Source: Eledone cirrhosa
Lineage: Eukaryota
Reading direction: 5' to 3'
NCBI GenBank assembly: GCA_964016885.1
Contig: OZ024755.1
Location: 5,332,001 to 5,396,000 of the forward strand
DNA length: 64,000 nt
The number at the start of each line of letters is the position of its first letter. Position 1 is the first letter of the stretch. Shown in pieces: positions 13,732-27,258 of this stretch. The notes below the pieces were generated by a model. That model searched no databases. It was not told the origin of the DNA and worked only from the letters and a program-made list of their open reading frames with translations. The position numbers were made by a program, and so were the translations under genes.

Positions 13732-14105
13732 TATTTTGGTGTTTGGAGTATAACTTAAAGAGTATTCCATGAAATTATGATAGAGTATTTTTGATAGGTG
13801 TAACATTTTCGTTACCATATTTCTAATGAAAGACTTAGCATATAATCAAGACTGTGGATGGATTTAGTAAAATAATTGATTTTCTCATTATTAATCTGGT
13901 GTTTTTATTTTAGTTTTAGTGTTTACACCCATATAAAGTAACACAACCACTCTTTCTTACAATCACTCATCTTTCCCTCTCTACATAGATATATATATAT
14001 TTATATATATACACACACATACACACACACACATGTGTATACAAATATATCCCACCCCCTATATATATATAAAGACACACAAAAAGCAAATCGCCTTCTC
14101 TCTAT

Positions 14106-14143
<38 letters not shown>

Positions 14144-14533
14144 CACACATTTATTAGGCTTTGACATATATGTCGATATAATTTATTATATAATCAGTTA
14201 CATATATATAGAGTGTGTGTATGTAGTGAAATTAAGTTGGCAACTGAATCTCATTGATTTATTGAAAGAAAGAAAGAAAAACACACCCACACCCCAAAAA
14301 ATGAGAGAAACTCCCAACAAACGAAATCACAGCTGTTGGTTATTTTGAAACATTTCATGTAATTAGAAAGATCCAAGAATACCAAATATATATATATGCA
14401 GAGGTTATATTTAATTTATTGGGTTACAACAAGCTTAAAATTATTTTTATAACTGATATAAAGCACTCAACAAATTATTGGAGTAAATATACAATATATT
14501 AACAAATGGAAACTATATTTAAAAAACCATATT

Positions 14534-14599
14534 TATTTTATTATACATATTTCAAGGGCCACCAAGGCAAATTATGGCGCGCTTTCATCAGATAAAATA
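14534..14599 (-). ncRNA. Type-I hammerhead ribozyme
   Basis: 8-bp stem I TATTTTAT/ATAAAATA, CTGATGA, paired stem II, GAAA, stem III ATA-TG-TAT, ATA site. Confidence 0.75.
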
Positions 14600-14677
14600 C
14601 AATACAGATTCTCCAACCGTTAAGGTTCTCTTTTTTCAGGGTATGTCAATATTTATTTATAAAACTAATCTGTATTG

Positions 14678-14743
14678 TATCTTATCTGATGAAAGCGCAT
14701 CATAATTTGCCTTGGTTGCCCTTGAAATATGTATAATAAAATA
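14678..14743 (+). ncRNA. Type-I hammerhead ribozyme (mirror copy)
   Basis: CTGATGA at 14686-14692, GAAA at 14724-14727, stem I with one mismatch. Confidence 0.7.
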
Positions 14744-14783
14744 AATATGGTTTTATAAATATAGTTTCCATTTGTTAATATAT

Positions 14784-14861
<78 letters not shown>

Positions 14862-14922
14862 TTGTATGTGTATATATAAGATGTTCTTGAAAAGTATAAA
14901 ACAGCATTATGACTGCATCACA

Positions 14923-15356
14923 TTACCCCTTTAGCATTTAACCCTTTATCATTTACATTGCTCTATATATACTATTTTAACTTTGTGGTAAAGGCTTTAT
15001 CTTACAGAATTATCTCACATAATTTCAAATCTATGAGATTTTGATGTTATTTATTTTGAGAAAAATACCTTAACATCAGTATAAGCAGCTGGTTACAGCC
15101 AGTTTGAATAGGAGGTGAGAGAATTCTGGCCGGATATGGCTGGTTTAAATGCTAAAGGGTTAAACTGTATCCGGCCAGAATTCTCTCACCTCTTTCTGTT
15201 CAAACCAGCTGTAACCAACCACTCATACAGATGTTAAGGTATTGTTCTCAAAATAAATAATATTAAAATCTCATAGATTCGATATTATGTGAGGTAAAGC
15301 CTTTACCATGAAACTATAATAGTAAATAAAGAGTAATGTAAATACTAAAAGGTTAA
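14923..15356. mobile_element. Two nested piggyBac-like MITE family 1 copies
   Basis: Inner copy 14938-15163 is bounded by TTAA inside the TIR of an oppositely oriented copy. Confidence 0.85.
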
Positions 15357-15915
15357 ATATTGAAACCCTTACTTCAAATACTGCAAATTTTTACAGTAAT
15401 CTGTCCAATAGTAAAGCTACTACAGACATTTTAATTTACAAACTTGTTTTGAAATATTTTCTGCTGAATCATTAGAGGATGTTAATAGTTAATGAAGAAT
15501 GGTGATATGCAATACTGAAGACCTAAAAACCATGCTAGCATGATAAAAACAAACACTAAAATGTTAATGATATTGATATTTGGGAATGTGAAAGGTCAAA
15601 TTATTTAGTAGTGATGTTAATATTGGTGATGTTTAAGACTGGCAGCTGTCTATAAGATGATGGATTAAAAAAAATTCTTTTACTGGTTTTTGGTCATTAG
15701 ACTACAGTCGTGCTGGGGCACCATTGGCACCGTTGTGATTTAGGTAATCATATCGACCCCCAATACTTATTTCTTTCAAGTCTGGTACTTATATTATTGA
15801 TCTGTTGTTTTTGTCGAACTACTAAATTACAGGATATAATCACAGATACAAATGTTAACATATACATGGTTGAGTGCATTCACACACACACACACACATA
15901 TATAAATATTCAATC

Positions 15916-16075
15916 TAATTGTTTCTACTTTTGGCACAAGGCCAGCAATTATCCCAGTGTATTACTGGTACTTTATTTTATCAACCCCTCTAAGGCTGAA
16001 CGGCGGATTTGAACTCAGATCATAAAGGGCCGTAACTCTTTGCTGAAAAGCATGGCGTCCGACCCTCTGCCGCCC
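15916..16075 (-). mobile_element. SINE family A
   Basis: Same consensus with an internal deletion. Confidence 0.8.
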
Positions 16076-16414
16076 TATGCCATGTATATTCAATATAATA
16101 CTACACGATATTCAACAGCAACAAATATTTTGGGTCTAAGGTAACTTTCAGCCATTCATTCTTTTATTTTATTTTCTTTCTTTCTTCTACTTTTTGCTTT
16201 CTACCTCATCTTTCTCAATTCCCTTCAGACTTGTTACCTTGGTAATCTAACCCACTGTACAGCTTTCTAAACACACATACCCACTTTTCAATTTCAAACA
16301 TTTTAAGGCCCTCTTGCCTACTAAAGCAGGGTTTAGCCTCACAAGCTTCTATTTCTTTCTGTCATCTAAGTCATCCCCCCCCCCCCCACTTCCCCTGGCT
16401 TTCATTATATCATA

Positions 16415-16554
16415 AGAATTACGCCCCTTTATGGTCTGAGTTCAAATCCCGCCGAGGTTAATTTTGCCTTTCATCCTTACGGGGTTGATAAAATAAAGTA
16501 CCAGTAATGTACTGGGGTAATTGCTGGCCTTGTGCCAAAAAGTAGAAACAATTA
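16415..16554 (+). mobile_element. SINE family A, 5'-truncated
   Basis: Same consensus. Confidence 0.8.
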
Positions 16555-16732
16555 TATCATCTTTAGTCAGATCTGTCTTGGTCTTCCCCTTCCTCTCTTT
16601 CCTTCCACTCCTATTTCTCAGTCACTAAATCACATCAAACATCTAAAGTTAAGAGTTATCCACCATGGAACTAAGTTAGAAAAAATAAATCATATACAAA
16701 CGGATAATCATTAATTCATCATCATGTTCTTA

Positions 16733-18046
16733 CCACTGGTGGAGCCAGTGGTTGGGGTGCCACTATAGGTGTGCCACTGGTGGAGCCAGTCGTTGGGGTG
16801 CCACTGGTGGAGCCAGTCGTTGGGGTGCCACTGGTGCAGCCAGTCGTTGGGGTGCCACTATAGGTGTGCCACTGGTGCAGCCAGTCGTTGGGGTGTCACT
16901 CTAGATGTGCCACTGGTGCAGCCAGTCGTTGGGGTGCCACTGGTGCAGCCAGTCGTTGGGGTGCCACTCTAGATGTGCCACTGGTACAGCCAGTCGTTGG
17001 GGTGTCACTCTAGATGTGCCACTGGTGCAGCCAGTCGTTGAGGTGCCACTCTAGATGTGCCACTGGTACAGCCAGTCGTTGGGGTGCCACTCTAGATGTG
17101 CCACTGGTACAGCCAGTCGTTGGGGTGTCACTCTAGATGTGCCACTGGTGCAGCCAGTCGTTGGGGTGCCACTCTAGATGTGCCACTGGTACAGCCAGTC
17201 GTTGGGGTGTCACTCTAGATGTGCCACTGGTACAGCCAGTCGTTGGGGTGCCACTCTAGATGTGCCACTGGTGCAGCCAGTCGTTGGGGTGTCACTCTAG
17301 ATGTGCCACTGGTGCAGCCAGTCGTTGGGGTGCCACTCTAGGTGTGCCACTGGTGCAGCCAGTCGTTGGGGTGCCACTCTAGATGTGCCACTGGTGCAGC
17401 CAGTCGTTGGGGTGCCACTCTAGATGTGCCACTGGTGCAGCCAGTCGTTGGGGTGCCACTCTAGATGTGCCACTGGTACAGCCAGTCGTTGGGGTGCCAC
17501 TGGTGCAGCCAGTCGTTGGAGTGCCACTCTAGATGTGCCACTGGTGCAGCCAGTCGTTGGGGTGCCACTCTAGATGTGCCACTGGTGCAGCCAGTCGTTG
17601 GGGTGCCACTCTAGATGTGCCACTGGTACAGCCAGTCGTTGGGGTGTCACTCTAGATATGCCACTGGTGCAGCCAGTCGTTGGGGTGCCACTGGTGCAGC
17701 CAGTCGTTGGAGTGCCACTCTAGATGTGCCACTGGTGCAGCCAGTCGTTGGGGTGCCACTCTAGATATGCCACTGGTGCAGCCAGTCGTTGGGGTGCCAC
17801 TGGTGCAGCCAGTCGTTGGAGTGCCACTCTAGATGTGCCACTGGTGCAGCCAGTCGTTGGAGTGCCACTCTAGATGTGCCACTGGTGCAGCCAGTCGTTG
17901 GGGTGCCACTCTAGATATGCCACTGGTGCAGCCAGTCGTTGGGGTGCCACTGGTACAGCCAGTCGTTGGGGTGCCACTCTAGGTGTGCCACTGGTACAGC
18001 CAGTCGTTGGGGTGCCACTCTAGGTGTGCCACTGGTGCAGCCAGTT
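16733..18046. repeat. GC-rich minisatellite, 41-bp unit (27+14 bp subunits)
   Basis: gtgccactggtgcagccagtcgttggg + gtgccactctagat, about 30 units. Confidence 0.97.
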
Positions 18047-18335
18047 GGTAAACTCTCCAAATATTGGTTGCTCTCCGGCAGGTTTGCAGTTGAGACTGTA
18101 GCAGTGGAGACTTCTGGTGTCCTTGGCCCTAGGACCACCTCCCTACTCACCACCATTGGCATGGAGTTGGCTACCTGCAAGCTGGAATGGCTCTTCCAAT
18201 GCATCTTCCTTACCATCCTCTGAGGAAAAGCTTTCTCTATTCTGTCTGCCGAGGGACATAGGGTGGCCAGTGTGTGGGCCTCAATAGTGAGAGATGGGGG
18301 TGGGGGGGGCAGTGAGTGATAGTATTTTGTTACAT
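17911..18335 (-). CDS. Candidate phase-1 terminal exon (141 codons) ending in the minisatellite
   Basis: Branch-like tactaat and AG-free zone before aacaag; long open frame. Confidence 0.25.
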
Positions 18336-18777
18336 CTTGTTTGGTGTATGACCATCGAGATAATTAGTATTCAGAATAAAACGTGAAAATGAAATTGAAA
18401 GTTGAAAGTTCCCCTTTGAAGTCACCACTAAAGACTTAGAAAAATTAGTAAAAGGTAAAAATAAAGATAGAAAATAAAAAAAAGGTAAAACAAATCTTTG
18501 ATTAAAAGGTTTTAGTGAAGCATAACATATGCAGTATAGTTTCCATAGACCAAAACTAAAGAATAAATGTAGATATAGGTGTGTATATATAGTTATGTAT
18601 TTATATATATAAATATGTATGTGTCTATGTATGTGAGTGTGTGTGTATATATATATATATATATTGTGTGTGTGTGTGTGGGTGTATATCTATCTATCTA
18701 TATAGGTCTGTCTGTGTATATATATATATATATATATATTAATTTGTCCACTAAGTTGTCAAGTATGCAATGAATTT

Positions 18778-19022
18778 ATATCTGTATATATATACAGTAC
18801 AGAGTTAACTTAAGACTGCATGTATATCTGTATATATATATATACAGTACAGAGTTAACTTAAGACTGCATGTATATCTGTATATATATATATACAGTAC
18901 AGAGTTAACTTAAGACTGCATGTATATCTGTATATATATATACAGTACAGAGTTAACTTAAGACTGCATGTATATCTGTATATATATATACAGTACAGTT
19001 AACTTAAGACTGCATGTATATC
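18778..19022. repeat. Tandem repeat of about 50 bp, 5 copies
   Basis: tatctg(ta)ncagtacagagttaacttaagactgcatgta. Confidence 0.9.
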
Positions 19023-19534
19023 TAAATTATAATAAAGTATGTATATAAATTACTATCTAGTTATAAGTATGTGTATGTGTATGTGTGTGTGTCTATGTGT
19101 GTGTCCTTGCACATGTGTCTATGTATGAAATTATGTGAATACTTAACCTAGTAAATATCCATAGGTATTTAAGCCTGTTGTAATGAAAAAGAAAAAGAAA
19201 AATGTCAAAAAATATTTAATGGAACATAAAATAAAATTTTAGTAAATCATGCTATTGTTTCATCTTTCTACATTATAAAACAAAAAAAAAAACAGAAATA
19301 AAAAATTAAAATGTATAAACATGTGTGTATGTGACGAGACACCACAAGGAAAGATTGACAAAATTTGGCAGCTAGAAACTGTATAGAAGCCTGTTATGTA
19401 TGTATGTATGTCTTTGTGTACTATTTGTTTGCGACCCGTAACTTAGCAGTTAAAAAATGTTCAATAAAGAATATATATATAACCCATTGAAAAGCATGGT
19501 AAAATTGGCATAAAATAATAGTACAGCATGTGCA

Positions 19535-19675
19535 CACACATACAAACATGTATATATGTATATATATATATACACATATATATATTATATATATATATAT
19601 ATACACATATATATATTATATATATATATATATATACACATATATATATTATATATATATATATATATACACATA

Positions 19676-19751
<76 letters not shown>

Positions 19752-20010
19752 TATATTATATATATATATATATACACATATATATATTATATATATATAT
19801 ATATACACATATATATATATATTATATATATATACATATATATATATATTATATATATATATATACACATTTATACATACATATATACATACATATATAT
19901 ATTATATATATATATATACACATTTATACATACATATATACATACATATATATGTACATATATATATATACATACATATATACACACATAAATCCACTTA
20001 TATATATACA
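19535..20010. repeat. TA-rich compound microsatellite
   Basis: (TA)n with a periodic CAC / TT higher-order unit. Confidence 0.95.
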
Positions 20011-20334
20011 GGAATAAATATTGTTGAATCATATTAGACATCACAAAACCCAATATATTGGTGCAAGTCTGCATTATTGAAGCATGACAGATGTAGTTTT
20101 CCTTTGTATGATGATGATGATAATGAACAAATAAACAAAAAGGAAATAAAAACCAATCTAGCAAAAACCAAGATGGGATAGGATATATATGAAAAATTAA
20201 AGTTATTAGTTTGACACCCACAAGGATTGAAAACAGTTATTGTTGACGTTTCAGACTAAATCCTTCTTTGGAAAATAGAGGAAGAATGAAAGAAAAACCA
20301 GAAAAAGGAGTAGTTAATGAATAAAGAAAATAAT

Positions 20335-20847
20335 TTAACCCTTTCGTTACCATATTTCTAATTAAAGACACTATATTTGGTTTTCAAATCATTTTGAAAA
20401 TAATGAAGAATTTGGAAGTATTTTGTGAAATAGCTTTCTTATTATTAAACTGGTATTTCGAACATAACGAAGGTTCTTAGATAAAATTACGATGAAAGGT
20501 TGTTGTTGTTTTTTTATAAATATAAACACTTTAAAATATATAGCTTTGGGTGGTTCCAGCCAGATTAGTATTAAATAGTTTAAGTTGGTCTTTGGAACAT
20601 AAATTTACAAAAGTTCTTTCATAAAAATCGTGATGGAATGTTATTAAATAAATCTAAATAAACAGTTTTGCATTGTAGAACCAAGGGCAGTTTCGGGGAT
20701 TTGGTATCGAAAGGGTTAAAAAACTTAAAGGTTCTTACATGAAATTATGATGGAAGACTTTTAGATAAATATAAATATTTTAGAACACACAAAGATGTAT
20801 CATAAATCCAGGGAGGGTTTTATGGGTGTTGGTGTCAAAAGGGTTAA
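20335..20847. mobile_element. piggyBac-like MITE family 2 (older; other copies near 6714-7124, 8732-9090, 12199-12423, 43537-43790, 58793-59045)
   Basis: ttaaccctttcgttacc...ggtatcgaaagggttaa TIRs; tandem partial copies. Confidence 0.7.
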
Positions 20848-22230
20848 GTAGACAGTTGACATGTGGAAAACTTGCTTACATGGTAACAAAACTGATCAAA
20901 AGTAAGGGGAGAGCCAAAAACTAGTTTTGACTGACAGGAGAACTAATGGGAAAAATGTTTTGTGTATTACTGTGTGTAATACTCTGTCCATGTGTGTGTA
21001 TGTCAATTTTGGTTATGGATAAAATGGTAAGGTTTTTTATATGAAATCATATCACTGAAGATGTCACAGATATGTGATGTGTGACAAAAGAATTTTGATA
21101 AATTATATTTATATATATATTTTAACTGTTGGTCAATTAATAATAAACATTGATTCCCAGCTAAATTATTTATAAAAATTTACTGAATGGAAAACCAAAC
21201 CAAACAGCGAGTGTGTTTTACTATTTTTACTATTTGGGGTCGATAAAATAAAGTACCAGTAATACACTGGAATAATTGTTGGCCTTGTGCCAAAAGTAGA
21301 AACAATATTAGAACAACATGACCCTCCCCAAATATAACAATAGGTGTATGTATTTTTAAATGTCTAGTGTGGGTACTGTGCAAATATAGGAATTAGTGCA
21401 GTGAGTCCAAAATTATGATAGATTTTTTTTGTTGAATATATGCAGTAGTTTAAAACAAATAGCTTTGTATTGTAGAACTGGTGGTAGTAGTAGTAATAAT
21501 AGTAGTAGTAGTAGTAATAGTAGGAGGAGGAGGCATGTTCAGGTGGTTTGGTTCTAAACAAAAATTAACATTGTGTTTGAAAATGAAAGACCTTATCTGT
21601 CTGTTGCATCAGGAATGCTGTACATAGAATGTGGTAAGATGTATGTGTGTATATTTTAGTCTTGATCAGTTTACCGAGTTTGGGAAGATGGGCAGTTCGT
21701 ATTCAGTTTGCCTATACATATATATATAGGAAATGAAGTATGTAGGGTCTAACCCATGCTAGCGTGGAAGATGAACGTTAAACAAAGATGATGATGATGA
21801 TGATGAGGGATAAATGTATTAGTAGAATGTATATATACATATATTTATATACAGAATAGAAGGATAATTCTTTATATTGATACATCATTTATAAAGCAGT
21901 CAGTTTGTAATGATGAATGAAAGAAAATTTAAGGTGGGGGGAAAAAACCAGAGTCTGGTTAGTGAGGCATGGAGGGTATCAACCGAGGGTTAAAATACCA
22001 AAATTTGACACCTGTACTCCCAAATTATCAAAAGACTTACTACAAAGGGGTATCAATTCCTGAATTGTTCCACCTTGAGCTTCAAATAGAAACAAAAAAA
22101 AAAAAATATATATATTTATAAATAAAACAAATTATTTTGTTGTTTGATTTCTTATTTGAATAAATTATCATAAATATAAAATGTATGAACTTAATTGTTA
22201 GGATGTGTGTGTGTGTGTGTATATTTATAT

Positions 22231-22471
22231 ATAGGAAAATGTTCAAGACCCCGATGGCAGAGCTCGGACTGTTTCGATGGGTATTTTGATATGGCGTGGT
22301 AGGGTCGGAAAGTGCTCTACTACGGAGGTAGAAGATAGATAACGAAGGAAGTGTGGTAAGGAACCAGATGGACCATAACGCACCAGAGTACTCAATACTT
22401 AGGGTAGTAGAGTGGGTTATAGGAAAATGTTCAAGACCCCGATGGCAGAGCTCGAGCCGTTTCGACGGCTC
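22231..22471 (-). mobile_element. Family P, direct-repeat (partial tandem) copy
   Basis: ataggaaaatgttcaagaccccgatggcagagctcg at 22231 and 22419. Confidence 0.75.
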
Positions 22472-23272
22472 ATATATGTATGTGTATGTGTGTGTGCATG
22501 TTTTGAGGGTGCAGAGGGGGTGTGTGTGTGTGTGTGGGTGGGTAGGGGGGGGGATGCAGGGAACAGTAAATTGAAAAGCTTTACAGTTAGCAAAGAGAAT
22601 CATTTCAGCTGAACCAAATGATATTAAAACAAAACAAAACACCTCCAGGTGTAACAACACTTCAGGTGGGTTATAACATGGATGATAAATACATTTCAGA
22701 TAACTGGTGTTTTGTTTGATGTATGCCAATTACCTTCACTGCAAGAAACTAGGATTAAATAAATAGAATGACATTAATTGAAGCCAAGCCAGAGAATGAC
22801 ACTTTTGATAGAGTCAAAGAAATGTATATAATGGAGAATAATTTAGTATGAGAATGATAGTAAGAGTTATATTTGTAAGATGTCAAGACATTAGAAGAGA
22901 TGATGTGTCAGGAGCAGAAAATAACAGTAATAGAAGATATTTTACTGTTCAAAGAAGGAAGAAACTAAACTATCCACATTTCATATTTGAAACCGTTTAA
23001 AGGAACAAGAAAACAGAGACGGAAGTGATGTGAAGAGATGTGGTGTTGGTGTAGTTAATATTTGATTTGGAATTATTTTATATTATATATGATTGATGGG
23101 TTCAAGATGGATGACACCTCACATGTGCACTAATATCAGAGCTGCAGAAGAATTGAAGAACCTAAACAAATCTGGTTATTTTTTCTTTCTTATAATCATA
23201 GGAAACCTAACTGAAGTTAAATAGAAACAAATTTTGTGGAATAGATTTTATCATAACATCTCTCTCTCTCTG

Positions 23273-23305
<33 letters not shown>

Positions 23306-23552
23306 TCACACACACATGGTGTCCTAAAAAAATGTATACACACTTCAACAGCATTGTAATAAATATTGCCTGTACAGGTAATCAAACATATGGAGAGGGG
23401 AGACTGGTATGCATGGGCGACTGCCGGTCTTCCACACACACCTTGCCTAGCCTTGTACCTCAGAGAGAGGAACTTTCTAGGTGCAAAATCATAGCCATTG
23501 GTGACCAAAGAGGGCCTCCGCTCCCTTACAGCCCAAACTAGTTATAATATAA

Positions 23553-23738
23553 TAATTGTTTCTACTTTTGGCACAAGGCCAGCAATTACCCAGTACATTA
23601 CTGGTACTTTATTTTATTGACCCGTAAGGATGAAAGGCAAAGTTAACCTCGGCGGGATTTGAACTCAGAATGGCAAGGGCCGTAACTATGCATCAAAGCA
23701 TGGCGTCCGACCCTCTACTGATACTGTCAATCCACCGC
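23553..23738 (-). mobile_element. SINE family A
   Basis: Same consensus. Confidence 0.85.
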
Positions 23739-24899
23739 TTAGCTATATAATAATAATAATGATGGTTGTGATAATAACTAGAATGTTTTCTGTCACATGA
23801 CAAGTAATTTCGGAGTATGCATTTGCTACTGTAACCAGTAGGTAAATAAATAAATATATAGAAATATCATCTAACCCATGCCAGCATGGGAAAATGGACA
23901 TTAAACGGTGATGATGATGATATAAATAAAAATATGAAAAATAAAAAAAAATGAAATCACTACACCCGCATTTGGCTAAAACAATCCATAATATTGCTCT
24001 TACTCAAAATACTATAACTATAATTAATGAATGCAGCGAGTTGAGAAGTGAAAAGGAATATATACTTTCATATATGTATATTCCATGCATCAAACAGAAA
24101 GAGGAAAGAGAGAAAAGAAGACATAACTTCATACAAAGGCTCAACAGATGACAATTATTTGTGTGTGAATGCATGTGTGTATATGTACATATATATATAT
24201 GATTGTGGGTGCGTGCTCCAATTAAGCATTCTTTGCATCTATATTTTCCCCTCACTCTTTGCCTACCACTCCGCTCAGTATATATACTTCTCCTTCAACC
24301 TATATGTTAATACACTCTTTCTCTCTCTTTTACTCTCAAGCATGCCATTGGATCAGTGAACCAACAAACATCGGGTATTTTATACTGGAGATATTTTCTT
24401 ACATATTACAAGAACTGTTAGATATCTAAGGCAAAGGAAATAGGAAGTTACAATGTCTTTGATTATTTTTCACATGATATATAAAATATATAAATAAATA
24501 GATAAGAGAATTTTTTTCTTTTTATGTTAAATATCATATGATACAAATGTGGACTCCATTAGCCGCAATGAAGGCAACACATATATAGGAGAACTGAAAC
24601 TGAAAATAAATGATTGCATGTTAGACTGTATGATTGGAGAGCAGTAACTCTCTATAAGCCATAATGAAGGCAAAACATCGAGGAGAGCAATCACTGAATA
24701 AAAACTGGTACAGTGTAGAGGAAGAACACTTAAGTCCTGACAGACATCCTGATAAAATGCACCCAGTCAATGCTGTAATGTAGTTTGTCAGAGTAAGGGC
24801 ATCCAACTGTAGAAGCCATACTGAAACTATGAACTATAAAAAAAAGTCAACATAAAAAATAAACCTAAACCGTTTCTCAAGCTTCATATTACACCAGCG

Positions 24900-25092
24900 T
24901 TAACCCTTTAATATTTAAACTGGCCGTATCTGGCCAGAATTCTCTCACCTCTGCCTGTTCAAACCGGCTGTAACTGACCACTCATACTGATGTTAAGGTA
25001 TTGTTCTCAAAATAAATATCAAAATCTCATAGATTCGATATTATGTGAAATAAAGCGTTTATCACAAAAATATAATAGTATACATGGGTTAA
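24900..25092. mobile_element. piggyBac-like MITE family 1
   Basis: ttaaccc...gggttaa ends, same body. Confidence 0.8.
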
Positions 25093-25199
25093 ATGCTGGC
25101 ATGGGTTGGATGGGTTACCAGAGTCCAAGACTGGACTGGTCATCTGGCTCAGACTTTCCATATTTGCATGGCTTCTACAGTGGGATGCCCTTCCTATAT

Positions 25200-25595
25200 A
25201 CCATGCAGTTTACAGAGTGTGCTGTTTGTATTTTATTGTGAAACCAGTATTGCCACTCTACAAAGTGTACCCAGTGCATTTTTTCATTTCACCAATACTA
25301 TCACTTTATAGAGTGTACTGGGTGCATTTTATCGTGTCACCAACACTACCACTTGACAGGGTATACTAGATATATTTTATCATGGCACCAACACTACTAC
25401 TTTAAAGAATGCATTAGATATAATTCATCATGGCACCAGCACTACCACTTGTCAAGGTATACTAGATATAATTCATCATGGCACCAGCACTACACTTGTC
25501 AGGGTATACTAGATATATTTTATCATGGCACCAACACTACCATTTTCATGAATGTAGTGGGTATATTTCCTCGTGACATCAGTGCCAACACTTTC
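25200..25595. repeat. Degenerate tandem repeat of about 42 bp, resembling RTE 3'UTR
   Basis: Recurring tcatggcaccagcactaccact...gtatactagata. Confidence 0.7.
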
Positions 25596-27106
25596 CAAAA
25601 TATATTTAGTTATTTTAAACACGAGAGATGAACACAGAAAAAAATTATGATTGATTAAGTTGTTTGTTTTTTCTCATAGAGTAATTATCTTTGCTAATTA
25701 ATTTGTTTGAATGTTAAATAATTCAACATAAATAAATAAGATCTGAAAAAAGAGAATCAAGCATTAAATTTGTTTATTCAACAAAAAAAACAAACAAATT
25801 TCATACAGAATCAATAATTAATTAAAGTGTTAGTTAATAATGGAAATATCCTTTCAAAACAACGAAATATAATTCATCAATATATATATACACACACAGA
25901 TATATATATACACACACCCACACACACATATATATACACACACCCACACACACATATATATACACACACACACACACACACATATGCATATATGTATGTA
26001 TATAGATCCCTCTCTCTATATATATATACATATAGATTAAAGTAGTATAGTTCATACAAAGCATTATGGGATATATAATATATGACCGATAAGTTTCAGA
26101 AACCTGGTATAGAATGTGGTAGAAATATCTAATAGGTAAAGGATGACAAACAAAACAAAGTAATCTTTTACCCAGTATATTTCAGGGTTATAACCCTCTT
26201 ATCAAATGTGAAATACAAACAGTTCAAAACAAAAATGCACAATCGATGTGTTCTTCCTTAACTGGTCTACGTGTTTGAAATAAGCATGTGTGGAGACATT
26301 ACAGTAAAGGATTGGAAATGCAAGAAGCAGATTGACTACTATAACAACTCCAAGCATGCTTATTTCAGACATGTAAACCCATAAAGAAAGAATACAACAA
26401 TCATACGTTTTTGTTTTGAACTGTTTCCATTTCATATTTGAAAAGAAGGTAATAGCCCTGAAATATGTTGAAATAAACTGGGTAAAAACATTATTTTGTT
26501 TTATTTATTTGTCATCCTTTGCCTATTATATATTTCTAGCACGTTGTACAGGCCTTTTAAAACTTATCAGTCATACATATATGTATTCACATGTGCGCAC
26601 GGGCACACATACACACACATACATATATATATATATATAGAGAGAGATATTTTGACAAATCACTCCCAGACATACACACATATATATAGACAAAACACCC
26701 ACCCACCCACACATATATATATATATATATATAGACAAAACACCGACACAAAAAAAAAAAAAGATTATGTTAATGGAAATAAAATTCAAAGTTCTAAAAT
26801 GCAATTTTTTTTTGCGAAATTTAAAAAAATTGTGCTGGAATATTTTGATTTCATGAGTGAAATTTAAAGGGGGAGGGGGATAAAAAACAAAACAAAAAAA
26901 AAAAAAAAACGATGTTTATATTTGTAAATATTTGTATAGGAAACCTTGAATGAAATATTTTAAAGTGCTGTAAGCAATTGAAGTTTAAACATTTTTTTAG
27001 GCATACCATTTTTTTTTCTTTATATATAAAATATAATTGTTTTGTGGTCATTCATAAATTTTGGAATACCTAATAGTAAGTAAAAGAATGAGTTATATAA
27101 TAATAA

Positions 27107-27258
27107 TAATTGTTTCTACATTTGGCACAAGGCCAGCAATTTGGGGGTGGGGAAAGTCAATTAAATCGACCCCAGTGCATTACTGGTGCTTTATTTTATC
27201 GAACCTGTAAGGATGGAAGGCAAAGTGAACCTTTGCGGGATTTGAGCTCAATCCACCG
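27107..27258 (-). mobile_element. SINE family A variant
   Basis: Same core with a longer 3' insert and a deleted head. Confidence 0.75.

Larger units (their letters stand above)
14398..14786 (-). mobile_element. Penelope-like fold-back element with 120-bp inverted arms
   Basis: Arms 14491-14610 and 14667-14786; tail to the left; (TA)n flanks. Confidence 0.75.

Noticed and set aside
16733-18046. CRISPR-like array
   Set aside because: No unique spacers and no cas genes; it is a tandem minisatellite in eukaryotic-type DNA.
22082-22729. 215-aa minus-strand ORF
   Set aside because: Stitched through microsatellites and a family P element; no domain signature.
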